From assembly GCF_000150275.1 (NCBI RefSeq), contig NW_002060945.1, forward strand, positions 8,510,011-8,574,010: DNA of 64,000 nucleotides. Direction: 5' to 3'. This document shows, piece by piece, positions 22,434 to 36,325 of this stretch. This DNA comes from Trichoplax adhaerens. Taxonomy: Eukaryota; Animalia; Placozoa. The position numbers and the translations under genes were made by a program. The notes beneath the pieces are model-generated. The model saw nothing but the letters and a program-made list of their open reading frames with translations, made no database searches and had not been told where the DNA came from. Positions within the stretch are counted from its first letter, which is position 1. Every line of letters begins with the position of its first letter.

Positions 22434-25400
22434 TTAGTTATTTTCTTCCTCTTCTAATTCCTTATCTGGCTCACCAATTATCGAACCTATCTGAGCAAAG
22501 CTATCATCCATTTCCGGAGAATTATAACTCGCAAGCCCTAAAAGATTTTGCTCAGCTCCAGCAATCATTTCTTCATCAAGTTCAGTTTCATCCTCTCGAG
22601 ATAAACCTAACAATTTACTAATCGTAGGGTCATTGATACTGGGCAAACTAGATGGATCGTCACTTTTCTCCAAATTGACGGAACCACTCCCAGCAAGATC
22701 AGATATGGCACTTAATAGATCTGCCCCTTCCATTCCAGGATCACTAGTTGCAACCATACTATCTTCAACAGAGGGTATAGATCCAGTAATAACTTCATCA
22801 ATAGATGTTATCATTATATTGCCATCGCTATCCATCTCACCAATACTTGCAGGATTGGGCAAGCGATCTATTTCATCACGATCGCTTTCCGGAATTGACA
22901 CGTCATTAATGGGCTCAGAATTACTTTCAGCTGTAGTATTACTCAAATCGACTGTTTGAAGATAAGTCGCTGGGTCTTTCGACAACGTCGAAGGAGAATC
23001 ATGTACAGTGTTATGAACAAAAGCTTCTAACTCAGATACCACTCTAGCATCAGCAGGCTCTTCAATAGCCGATGTCACAATATTTTCAACTACTGGTTCA
23101 GGTTCATGATTATTTTCATCTTCAGGTTTATCATTCATTTCTGACATTTTACTATATTCAGTCTCTCCAACAATTGGAGATTCCATGACATCAGTATCTT
23201 CAATAAACACCTTGGCAGGTGGTGTTTCAATTTCATTATTATCATTACTAGCAGACTTTGTTTCTGTTACTGAGCCTGTACCAGCCTCAACTACGCGTAC
23301 AGCCGATTCTTGTCCGAAATCGTTTACATTCGCTTCTGTTTAAAAAATAATAACGTTAAATATCAGTAGCATTATAACCGTTGCAAGCAGTAATAATGAC
23401 TGGTATTGAAAAATTTTTACCTTCAATTTCACTATCATTACGTTTACGTTTAGTAGGATTTTGTTCAACAGCATCGGTTAACTTCATTGATAAACTAGTA
23501 GTTGGTGAAAGAATATTAGAAAATTGCATAACTTGGTTTTCTGCATCGGTGCTTCCAGCTGAACTTGGAATCGCAATATCGTGACTGTCTCCCTGCTGAT
23601 TCGCCGAATAACTGACGGATTTACGTAATATCGCCCTTAGCGTAACTGGTATGCTTAAGCAACTAAAGCATAGCAAAGCAAATTGTGGTAGCCTCCCATT
23701 AGTCCATATTTCGTATAAACATAATAGACAGATTACAACATACACTTATAGTATAAATTGTATAACAAACTAATATTCTTATCTTACGCCTGCAGTATTC
23801 TTGTAATATACTCGTCTGTACAGAATGATACATCTCCCGGACATACGCACGCACGCCCCGACACCGTTCCATTTTCGTTGACACTAATTTCAACTATAAA
23901 GAACAATTTTATGTACTTTTTCATGGAGATGAGGACATATGCACAATTCATACTGCACAAAATCTTACCAGACATGAGAAAATCACTTAACGGATGCTGA
24001 AAAGTTAAACATAACAAATTGGGCGGGAAAGTAATGACTTCAAATGTTGTAATTCCTACTTCATCATCTATGTTTTAAAGAGATTACAATAATCCAGAGA
24101 CTCACAATCAATTAAAAAGTATAATAATCAGATCGCGTAAATCATTTAACTATTTTTACCTCTGAGATCGTTCGGCTGTCCACATACGCAACTGCTAATT
24201 AATTCGTTGAAAACTATCTGTTGTCTTAATAGCTACACACGAGTAAGAATCAAACAAGAAATTTTAAAGAACGTACTATAAATGCACTTTCATTCATTAA
24301 TGTATATAATATTCTAAATCTGCACTACCGTAATAATACGCGGAACTTGTTGAGGATTTAAAAAAGGGATTCTTTTGACGTTTAATGTTCCCAATGGTAC
24401 TGAATCCAACGATTTACAGAAAACATACTTCTGCTTCTGATCCGGTAATTTCTGAGTGACACAAAATATCAAGTTGAGATAAAGTAGTATGAAATATTTC
24501 CAAGAAGTTAACTACTTACAACAACAAAAGAGGAGTTTCGATTCCGATGAAAGCCATTTTTTGCTTTTTCCTCACGAAACTATGGTAAAGATGCAAAAGA
24601 ATACAATTTATAATGCTGTAAAAATCGGATCTTATCATAAATACTAAATTATCAAACAGTCAGCATACGTTTGATGCAAGTAAATCTTCAATGGTAGCCG
24701 AGGACGAATTTATATAGACTTTGTCTATAAAAAAGTAAGCAAGTATTCATGAAGTATGGACAGGGTACGATAATTCATAGCGGCTATCATCGAATACCTT
24801 GTCCTTTCACAATCTTATAGATTTTTGCCATTATACTCGCATCCACAGGAATAAAGTCATCAAAGACTAAAACAAAACTCGCAGGTAATTCTGCACTGTT
24901 TTCGTTACATAATTTTTTGTAACTAAATTTAATAAGATAATATTCGAAAAATTTTATTAAAAAAATCATCCATTGTATGGATACGGTTTCAAAATTAGAT
25001 AAATAAGATGGAGCACCAACCTTGGTACGTCAGTAACCTGAGTTGGTAGAACAACTACAGGCAGCTTTGGTAATAAACACTTTTTCCCTTGTTCGATTAA
25101 AACGGAAGCTGAAAATCCGATTGCTCTACCTTTGATAATTGCATCTATGATAATAGTAATCATTTTAGTTCAAATATCTGAATGATGTTAACACATGTAC
25201 ATTATATAGTGTGCCTATAAGAATCTGTATCTACCAATTACCTTCTAAATTAATTTTTTCGCTAGTGTTATTATCGAACATATCTTTTGGAGAAATATAG
25301 AAGGTAAGCTTCATAGGTAGACCTACAAAACCGCAAAATGATTATAAACCTGACAAAACTGTTCTAATATACAATAAAATAATATTAAATTAGTTATAAA

Positions 25401-27737
25401 GTATATATACTATAGACTGTACAGACCTCCTTCTCTTTCAGTTACATGGCCGACATAGCCTTTGTTAATAATTTCCATTGGATTATTTTGGCCTGATAAA
25501 CTAGACAAGAATAAAAGAATATCTCAACACTTACTGATGTTGTTTTTCTACAAAAATACGGTAATAAATATCGTCTTGAAACTCATATCATATATCTATC
25601 TTACTTTTGATATGCAGCTAATGTTGACAGATCAGTTTCCACTGCTTGTAAAGCCATAAATGCCAAACTTTTTTCAGTACTTAAAGATATAAAACGGACA
25701 CAAATTTAAGAAAATAGCCCTTTCTAGCCCTGCTAAAGCATTACTCAAATAGAAATCGATAGATGCAAAAATATGCTAATGAAACCAGTGAATGTCCAGT
25801 TGAAAGTTTAATGTATCATTCAATTTAAAAATACAACAATACCCACTTGCGTGCTAAGATTTAGTCAGGGACACTACAATTGGCTATGTACTCCGTATAA
25901 TTTTAACAATGCTGCCAGCGTATGATAACCTACCTTGTACCAAATAGTTGGTAGAGGCTTGATAAGCCTAGTAAATGCTTCTTGAATTCCTGAAATTGGC
26001 GTTTCCTATAGTTTACGATTTCAAAGATATTCAGAAATTTACCTCAGTGTTACGGAATTTTAACAAAAATGTCTCGAAGGCACTTTAAAAGATAAACATC
26101 TTATGCATAAATAATCACCTAAGTAGATCGGTCATAACGGGAGTAACCTATCAATAAGAAATAATTATAGTTCCTATTATATATTTTAATTTAATACAGA
26201 CGTAGTATACCAGCCGTATGTCTAAGATATCCATGTTTTGCACCAATTCTTCATTATTTTAAAATAGCAAGTAGACATGTTTTGCACTTACTTTAGGATC
26301 TTCTCCATGAACAACTTTAACTTCTGTTACCTCTTTATGATTTTTCAAAGTTATCTATATAAATGTACGTACGTTGATGAATGTCATCGTTACGTCAATA
26401 ATTTGTTCCTGAAACTTTATCTAGTAGACTATGATACATCCACTAACCTCGACGTAAAACATATCCGAAGAAATGAAGCAATTGTCCCCATGGTGAACAA
26501 ATTTTAAACTGAAAAATTTTAAAATTGAAATAAATTTGCTTCTTTTACGTTGCCTTTAAGCATCAAGTTGATTTAAGTATCTAGCTAATACGAGAGGTCT
26601 AATATCATAGCGTTGCAATGAATATTAAATATACTGACTTGGCACTTCTTGCAATTATCTCAAGGTAAGGTATATAATCGGTATCGCTTGCTGCAATAAA
26701 TATTAAAGTTATGTAAGTAAGCTATCAGGCTCAATATGACTTATTTATAGCTATATATGCTTCTCCTATTTTTTATCAACAGGAGCCATGTTAAAGTAGC
26801 ATTCATATTTTCTACGTTGAAATAAGTTGATAGGAAGAAATATATGATTTACCTGACGAATGTACACCTAAAGATTCAATGATATTTCTCAAATATGATT
26901 TGATGTATTTACAATTTTCTTGCTGCTGGAATTTATCCTATCCAAGAAAAAAGGGGCAATTTAATAAATCAATCAAGTGATATTATCCAAAATCATTGCA
27001 GTCTACACCCTGTTGCATGGGCATTAGCATACAAGGAGATTAAATTAATCAATGATGGTAATAACAATAGTTTATGGCAAGCTGAAGATCCATCGTAGAA
27101 TTGAGTCAACTTTATATAACCATGACAGCGATCTTTCATTACTTAATTTAACTAAACTATTTTTCATGACATTTCTAAATATAACTGGCAATAATGATAC
27201 ATTGAGAAATGAATTCGAGTAGATAGTAGACTTGATGTCGCTGACCTGGCATAACAGAAGAATCCGAGAACTATTATCCATTTGTAGAATATTATCCAGG
27301 TGTTGCTTCATATTGGCGATTGAATTTTTAAAATTAGCGTGGATTTGATTGAAGTTATTTTCAGCAAAAGGATGAACTACAAAAATAACAATCCATCCAT
27401 TCATTTTCAAGTCAAATCATCATCCAACTTGCAAAGAAGATGGAATCCATTGTGATGTCAGGGCAACCGACAGTTATTACTACGCTCCATATAGTACGGC
27501 TGCAAGCGCGGTTTGCAATACGTACAGTACTATGAACATTTTACCGTGGTGTTTATCGCTTACATAGAACAATAATAAAAAGACATTGAAAAACGACCCT
27601 ATATCACATTATCCACATCGATATATTTCCTATTGATAGAGCTTACTTTTACTTCCATCGCTATCTGAATGAATGAATTCGTCTTGTAATCCCTTTAAAA
27701 TCTCCTTCCATTTCTCGATCTCGTTACCTATCGACAT
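22434..27737 (-). CDS. MED1: Mediator complex subunit 1, multi-exon, with an acidic disordered C-terminus
   Basis: Exons give CFISSDMFYVE, VKVVHGEDP, FQEFKKHLLGLSSLY, MALQAVETDL, GYVGHVTEREGGLPMKLTFYISPKD, NSAELPASFVL, LTFQHPLSD and CTDEYITRILQACLSIPVTLRAILRK. These are collinear with the Med1 domain of animal MED1. The exon-2 boundary is uncertain. Confidence 0.92.
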
Positions 27738-27978
27738 GATGAACGCTGTTTGCTTGGCCCAAGCCTCTCAGTGATTACCTTGAGTCAGGCTGTCAGTGAA
27801 CATTGCGGTCATGCTACAGTAGAAGGTACAACAGACCACTGCCCAGTCTGATACTGTAACTGTTAACTGTGTCTTAAGATTGTTCACCTTAACAAAGAAT
27901 TTGCGCTGAAGGCCTGCAGCACACAGGTCGTGACTGGCCGACTCGTTCGTTACCATACTGGCGCGGTAAAGTATCCGA

Positions 27979-28555
27979 CTGCAGTAGTCCGTCCATACTG
28001 TAATCATCAGACAACCATCAACAGAAAATTTGTATACAGTACTGTAGACCTGTAGTAGTACAGTACAGTGTACAGTACTATTCGGTACTGTACTATGTAC
28101 TGTAATCTACAGTATGTTATACTGTACACTGTACAGTACAGTATTGTACAATGTACTGTACAGTGTACAGTACTGTCTACTGTTAATACTGTACTGAACT
28201 GAACTGAACTGAACCGTAAACGAGAGATGCGTAGATTCACTACTGCAGCAGTCCGTCCATAACTGTAATCATCAGACAACCACCAACAGAAAATTTGTAT
28301 ACTGTACTGTACTGTACAGTAGTCTGTAGTAATGCTACAGTGTATTCGGTACTGTACTATGTACTGTACTTTACAATATACTGTACTGTACATGTACTGT
28401 ACTGTATTATACAGTACAGTACAGTACTGTACTGTACAGTACTGTACTGTCTACTGTTAATACATGTACTGTACAGTGTACAGTACTGTACCGTACAGCT
28501 GTACTGAACTGCACTGAACTGAACTGAACTGTAAACGAGAGATCCGTAGATTCAC
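27979..28555. repeat. Tandem duplication of a ~265-310 bp unit containing TACAG/CTGTA microsatellite, in the MED1/MPLKIP divergent promoter
   Basis: CTGCAGYAGTCCGTCCATA(A)CTGTAATCATCAGACAACCAYCAACAGAAAATTTGTATAC ... CTGAACTGAACYGTAAACGAGAGATSCGTAGATTCACT is present twice (~27979-28241 and ~28243-28555). Confidence 0.9.
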
Positions 28556-28640
28556 TCATTGGACTCAGCTGGTGCTGCTGCTGTTGGTGCCTCCAACATT
28601 GAAAATTTCAACCTCCATCACAGCCCATGAATCAACAATT

Positions 28641-29907
28641 ATGTATCGCAATCCAAGACCTAATCGATTCTTTAATCCACGAGCTATACAAATGAATAGG
28701 CCGATTAGACCTCCGTTCGGTCCTGGTGGCGCTAGCAACTATCCATTTGATCCAACGTCACAACTGCGTTTCCAAAGCGGTAGTAGTCGTGGCCATCGTG
28801 GAAGCTACAGGGGACGATTCCCTAGAAACCGGGTAATGACTAGTTCCTTTCGTAAATTTCATTCAATAGTCTTGATCACTTTTATATGTTGAATATACGT
28901 ACTAGTGCATATGTATATATATTGTTATAACAGGACAACTAGAAGTGTTCATTTAAATTGATAATTGCATGCAATACGAGTATTATATGACAATAGACAA
29001 GCAAGACTGCTTCGCATTATGCTGATCGCTTCAATGTCATCGCTAGATAACTCAATTACTGTAATGCTTGTGATGCGAATTCTTGATGGTAGCTCCATAC
29101 TTAAATATGAGCCGGCTAAAGTGGCATGACACCTGAGATTAGCCTAGTTATAACGTTGTTACCTAGTACAGTTTTCTACAACAGTGATCTAATACTACTG
29201 CATTAATCGCTTTAGACTTAGTAAGATCAAGTAACGATAAGATTGTAAATCTTGCTGAAAAGTAAACAGACTCTTCTTGTTGCACTACTGCTGTATTGCT
29301 ACTCTCTAATTCTTCAGTTTACGACTACTCCAGACCAGGCACTCCGAAAATTCAATTAAAATAGACCGGTGATAAATATTTTCGCTTTAAGTTATACTTG
29401 ACATACTTTGATAGTAGAATGTGCATGCAATATACCGTTTAAGAGGAAGGTACGCGTAAACCGTCCTCTGATTGAAACTTAATCACAGTCACGACGTTAA
29501 ATCATCTGACTATAGTATCAGTTCGACTCATTGTTGCGTGTGCTCCTTACATGAAATATACAATTTTATTCATTTGAATTTGCAAATTATGACTGTATCA
29601 ATTCGTCCTTCTAAATGATCAGGAGGACATCAAGCATTTACAACCATCCTTGTTTACTACAAAACTAAATTTTGTGCATATTCAATTATAGGGTCCTCAA
29701 AAACAACGGGACTACGACTTTAATCCACGTTCATACTTTAAGGAATCTATGCTACAAGATCCTTGGAGAAAATTAAAACATATAATACAAGAATCTACAG
29801 ACGATCAAGGAATACAACCAACCGCAGAGGAATACATAGAAAAAGAATCTGTAGATACTACGGAAGAAATTGTAAATGAACCAGCTCCACGTTCACCTAT
29901 AAAGTAA
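28641..29907 (+). CDS. MPLKIP: M-phase-specific PLK1-interacting protein (TTDN1), two exons (28641-28832, 29692-29907)
   Basis: Pro/Gly/Arg-rich N-terminus, then the family signature SYFKESMLQDPWRKL in exon 2. The intron is GT-AG, phase 0. Confidence 0.85.
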
Positions 29908-30251
29908 TATATGTTATCTCAGAGCTTTATACAGTGGATGATAAGTGCTGTCAAATACTTACACTTACATTAGAAATTCTGTCTTTAGATGTAAATATTT
30001 GTATATAAGACAACGGTATTAAGTCAATACAATTGATATCACCTTCAGACTTTAAAGACAAGTATGCTCTACCTGTCGACCATACTTTACGCTTGTATTA
30101 CATTATGTTAATCTACATTGAATAGCACTGTCTACGACATACGCATAGACAAATATATTGTTGTTTAATTTATTTTAATACTTTGTAACAAATGATTTTA
30201 TCAATACAATAATTATAACGCATTTAAATCTTTTGGCAGTAAAGAATCTGA

Positions 30252-33200
30252 TCAGTCATATTCACATCGGTGTTTACAGCCAGTTGGACAAACATGATTT
30301 TTTTTTATCCATTCTTTCATATGCTGCAAATGTCCTCCGTGCCCACATCCATGACACCATACGTAAAGTCCTTTTACAGGCAAATGGCTATAAACGTATT
30401 ATGACAGTCAACATCGAGGATAATATATTATTACTATATTCTCTCTTAATCTTTATTAATGTTATAACTTGAGGTATTTACAGCTATTGTAGTATTATAT
30501 AAGTATGGATACTATTACAAATCCTGTTATGATACAGTATGACTAGTCATAAAAGTTAGCTAGCTAGGTCAGTGCTTACCAAACTGAGCACAAAGCGGCT
30601 TGCTTCTTACAAATATTACAACAACCAGCTTTATTCACAACCTTTTTACAATTGTTGCACCCAGTGTTGTAAGGCCAAGACTAAAAAATGAAAGTGGTAG
30701 CATTTAGAATTTAACATAAATAAATTTTCCATATTTGCAACTATCCTTTTTCCAATACTGTATTCGAAACAGCCGGTCTGGAACAAAAAATAATTTGACA
30801 GTTTAATTTACAAATCGCTAGGCAATACTTACGAAACTTAACTCCCTGATAGCGCTATAGTGAGCAGTTTTGATAAGTTCGTTATGAGCATTCCAAAGCT
30901 CAAATTTGTCTAGAATCTCTATAAATATAGGGTTACGTTTGGTAATTGATTTTTCAATCGTTCAATAATCTGACTACTGTCATTACTAAATTTTAGTAAA
31001 TTAACTTACCTAAATAATAATTATACCAATTAACGACAGTCTCTTCATTAATTGATGTAACATCAAATCGTTCTCCAAGAGCAGCTATTATTGAAACGCA
31101 CGTTTGAACATCTCCCTAAAATAGAAATCGTAAATATTTACCATTACTAAGCCAAAGAATAAGAAATCAAGACATATTCTCACGTTTACTTACTTCATCA
31201 GCATAAGATTTTAACAAATCTGGAATAATGTCCGAAAATTTCCAAGAGCGAACCTAACAAAGTAATAACAAATGTGCATAGTTGGCACTATCACTCTGAG
31301 CTAAGTAACAAGATACTGATATCACAGCTTACTATCATTTCTGGTGTAGGCTTAGTCACGAATAAATCTGCTACAAGTTCCGTTGGTTTTGAGTAGCTTT
31401 CAGAGTTATCGCTTTGAGAAAAATAATCAGTAATTTTAATTATTGCATTAGTGGTGACTACATTTCCTAAAATGTCATGTTAATCGTTATTGTAGTCACA
31501 ACACTAAAATTGGGGTGTTTTAAATTAAGGTACAATAAATGTATAATACCAAGAAGCACGTTCTATTCTATCTTGGGATTCGCTCCCAATTGTTGGAGTT
31601 CTATAATTTGGACATAATCATAAACATTTTAATAGCAATGAATAACCTACGCTATGAGAAAAATTGGGGGTTTCTATAATCCATTAAAAAACACATAAGG
31701 TCTCATCACATCCTGAAATACAGAATTACAGGCCGATTACATACCCATCATTCTCTAAGCTCGCATACTCAAAGGCCTCCTAAAGAAAAAATGCCATCAT
31801 ATGAAGCGGTGTAAAGATAAATTACAGCATATAACGATCATTTAGTGGAGCTAACCGTCGGCATATGACCCGGAGCTTGAAAAGAAAATATGGAAACCTC
31901 GCCATCAAGAGCACCTATACCAATTTCGCCGTCATCTAAATGTCACCATTTTGGAAAGAAGTTGCACGGTCTTATATTAAAACATAATTTAAAATATTGG
32001 AAAAACTTCAAATCCTTAACTTTAGAAATTTAAATTTTGCAACGTAATATTGACTACTGTTATACCGCTCATAGCAGAAGTGAATGCATAAGAACTGCTT
32101 GGTGCATCATCCGATAAACTTCCGTCCGTATCTAGTTATATAGTTTAGTTTATGACTGTTACGCATCGAAAGAGCTAACAATTTTTTTCTTGGACAAGCT
32201 ACTGACATAAGTTTAATGCTTACCATCTTCATCTAAAACTAGATCTTTTCCAAAGTGATCTAAATCCGGAACCGACACTTTTCTATTATCATTTTGTGTT
32301 GAATAATTCTGGTACATTACTTTGAGAACAGACCAAGTTTGTGCAATGTGATGTAACTGAACTTTGTCGGCAACCTTAACATTTACTACATATTAGAAGC
32401 CACATAAAAACTGATTCACAATCGTTAATTATATCTAGTAATTAATAATGATGTGAATACCTCTCTATTATGATCACAAATTTGACCGAATAATTTTCCA
32501 GTTATTAAATAATGCTTCGCAAGGTAATATATTTTTCTATCATCCTATTTAAGAAATTATCAATTCCAAAATTGCTTTTCCAGAACGATAGCTTAGAGTA
32601 CTGTAACTAGTAAATTGCATTTAATATCTCGTATGCAAAATTCACCGTTAAATTTTGGGCATAACTCGTTACTACACTGTTATTATACTGAAGATGGTGA
32701 TAAGCGTTACAAAATTTGAACAAGTTGTCATTTTCATCCACAGTTTTACTGAAATATGAAACACATAATGGAATTTTGAATTCATTGTCAGTGAAAATAA
32801 TGGTAACATTATGATCTGATTAAAATATGTTATAGATATTACCTCTCCTTATCTGCAACAGGCGTACGTATTGCCGTGCATAGATGCCCATAAGCATTGA
32901 AAGTAAGACTGGAAGGGGTCTATAAATATAAAAAATGTACAGTAAATTAGATCACTGTAAAAAAACTAGTCCACATTGTTCATGCTCTAGCTATAGTAGG
33001 CTTAATATGAAGCACATACAGCATCTTTGGCAGGAATGTGAGGATTCTTTAGTTCATCGAGCAAAATTCTGTTATCTGCTGAACTTGAAATTAAGGAATT
33101 GCTGTCCCTCCAGATCAGACCTAGTCGTAAGGGAAACGAAATTGCAGTTTAATCAGATATTGAAAAAATACTTATGCAAAGCAACTGCATTTCCACAAAC

Positions 33201-35744
33201 ATAATACTATTAGTTATCAAATATCAATATACAAACTATACGCCATACCTGAAATCACCTGTGAATGATTTTTTAACACGGCTACAGGAATATATGTTCT
33301 GCTTAAATCCCATATATTAATATCACAATCCCATGCCATAGATCCATAACTTTACAAATTAGAAAAAATTCGCAGATGCATTAAAAAATGACATGTCATC
33401 TCATTAATTAAATACCAAACAATCATGAAACCTTGCACATTGATCATCATGACCGGGTCTCCATCGTACTTTTCTTACACCCGCATATGTTAAGATAGTG
33501 TAAACTGCTGATTCAACGCTATCAGAGAGATCCCAGACCTGCAGTAGGAAGTGATTCATTATTGGCTGCCATGGTTCTTTCAATTGTACGATTTTAATAA
33601 ATTTAAACAACGTTCTATCAAACCTTTATGTATTGATCTCGTCCGGCTGTAACCATTCGTTGATTATTTGTAGGATGCCAATCACAAGAAAATACTACAT
33701 GAGCATGGCATGAAATTACTCTTAAACATTTATCAGATTTTCTTGTATCCCATATCTAAAAATATTGAAGTTCGCATTACTTAATATACTGTTGAACGTT
33801 TTACCCTAAGCACAATTAGAACAAGAGCCGACACATTTATAAATAATTAATAGTCGAAAGAGAAATATCATTTATACCATCACTTTCCCACTATCGTGAG
33901 CAGTTGCAAATTCTGACCTATCCGAATATGGGAACTACAAAATAATTCAGATTCCAGTTAATATCAAAACTGCTATATTGGACTGGTATGTTCTAAGTAC
34001 CACTTCCGATAAACTATAGCACTATAATCATCATTTTACTTTAAGTAAATAAAATAAGAACTAACTCGTAAATCTCTCACTGCATCTTCGCGATCTAAGT
34101 ATGTAGAAACTAACTTCTTTTCTCTTAAGTCCTATGAATGAATCAAAAAGCAAAGAGCTGCAATTAAAATGGAGGCAATTACGTTCCATAAAAGTGGAAA
34201 CAACTTTTAGCATAGGTTTTTCCCCAGTAAATATAGCACGTTTCTGTAGAGGCTATGCAATTAAAGTACAGTATTAATAACTCACGAAAACAACTATCTG
34301 ACTTTGTGAACCAGCATAGAGTAGGTTTGGACGATAAGGATCGAATGTTAATGAATTAACACTTCGCTGGCAATCTTCGTAGGTATGAGCTATTAGAGAT
34401 ATCAATTGCACAGCACTGGTATTACTAGCCAAATCAATACATATTATAATATTTATATAACAGTCATTCATTAATCAATTAATAAGATAATAATAACATA
34501 TTAAGGATTACTGACTAACCTATGCACAGATCACGTTTCCAATCGTATTTCCATAACTGAATTTGACCTGTATTTAAGGACGTCGCGATAAAATGACCTA
34601 ACGAAGATTTATAATATAGGAATAAGACCATTGTGATTGCGTTCATAAAGTAAAAGCAAATCTCGATTTTTATAGTAAGAACAAAAATATAAGATAGATA
34701 ATAGAGGCATTCCATCACAGCAGTGATGGGCTAGCTTGCGGATATTATCATCCATAACAAGTTATTGTAAAGTCTTCAATTAGACTGGATAAGTAGAACG
34801 ATATAAAATTATAGCTTTGATATTTCCATATGAGCAATGCTAACTAGCGTGTTGCAAAAATTTCCAACGCCATCTATCAATAAATAGCAAATGTCCCCAA
34901 AGCTATTTACTACCATCTATGACATGTATTGGTGTATCTAGACTCCTGTGTGTCCAGTCATAATTCGATAAGATAATTTAATATTGGACTACTCGATCTA
35001 TCTAGTGCATACGTTAACCTATTGACCACTAGCATTTAATCACTATGTGTCTAGTAGTAAAGTTACTAAGAGTTAATCAATATTGTATTGCATTATATAA
35101 AAGTAATAAAGTACTTGTATACCGTTTTTTTCCTGCCATCCAACATCGACAAAATTATTCGCTCGTTCTCGATATTGAAATCGAGCAATTTCCGAAAATT
35201 CCGTACCAGTAAACCATCTATTGATTCTTAAAACTAAATCATGTCATTGAATAACAACATAATGAGTATTTACCACTTTTATTGAACTAATGACGATATC
35301 ATTGCGATACTGTCAATACGGGTATATTGAATTGAACTATCATTTAATTCATGATCATCTCGTATCTGTGTACTGTACAGTCCCTTTAATTATTTTACTC
35401 TTGTTGATTGTACTATTAATGTTATTCGTTTATTATGCCATTATCGAGTAAAATGAAGAAGTAGTCGGAACATGATGGATTGACATCCTATGCACTTCAT
35501 CAAATACGCATGTATCTAGCTGAGCTCAGAAAAGTATTTCGCCAATCCTCGTATATTGCAGAAAAACAACATTCAACCTACAAATTGATGACTGTCTACT
35601 CTACTGCCAAGAAGTACATTACTTTATAACTTCTAGCTGAAATTTACCTTTTCCTCCAACTGATGCAACATAATCTTCATGATCATGCTTTAAATAGCTT
35701 ATGGACGTGATTTTATTTGTTAACTTCTTGCTGCTGTCAGCCAT
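30252..35744 (-). CDS. WDR24: GATOR2 complex WD-repeat protein 24, multi-exon; start codon uncertain
   Basis: WD40 exons ([13 protein letters not shown]...[24 protein letters not shown]), [14 protein letters not shown], and C-terminal zinc/[48 protein letters not shown]. Confidence 0.92.
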
Positions 35745-36084
35745 TATATTGCAGTTGGTTATACCTGTCAAGATTGTATCCAAACTTTCAATCGTGTGTG
35801 TGATGGGTGACCTCAACACGACTGCAGACGATATGACCGATTCTGATTATACTCACTTTACTCTGCTTGCGTTACTCTACAGATTGGTGCTGATTGATGA
35901 CGTAAAGTTGAACTATCAGTTTCACGACCTACTGTACAAGCGATCTTACATTATCGAATTTATTTACTATCCATTACTCTTTTCCAATCTGTAGTGTAAG
36001 GGCTTAGCAAGAAACTCTTGGATTGAAGTGGCAGATTGTTGTTGTTGCTATCTTGCCGACAGAACGTATTCGGATCAGATGAGA

Positions 36085-36325
36085 TTACAGTACAGTACAG
36101 ACTACGCTATACAGTACTGTACACTCTACAGATTATACTGTAGGTACAGTACACAGCACAGTACCATGGACTACAGTACTATTTTTACTGACAGGAAAAA
36201 TTTCAAGAATACTGTATCAAATATCAATACAGTACAGTGTACAGTATGAAGCAGGAACTACTGGCTGGAATGTTGTTTGGGTTAAGTCAAAGAGATGCAT
36301 GTCGATGGAAGTACAGTACAGTAGA
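36085..36325. repeat. TACAG/CTGTA pentamer cluster upstream of WDR24
   Basis: Dense TACAGTACAG and TACTGTA motifs lie ~350-580 bp upstream of the probable ATG. Confidence 0.7.

Noticed and set aside
27768-28507. Tyr/Cys/Thr/Val-rich ORFs (also at 36028 and 41994)
   Set aside because: They are translations of TACAG/CTGTA microsatellite in promoter DNA.
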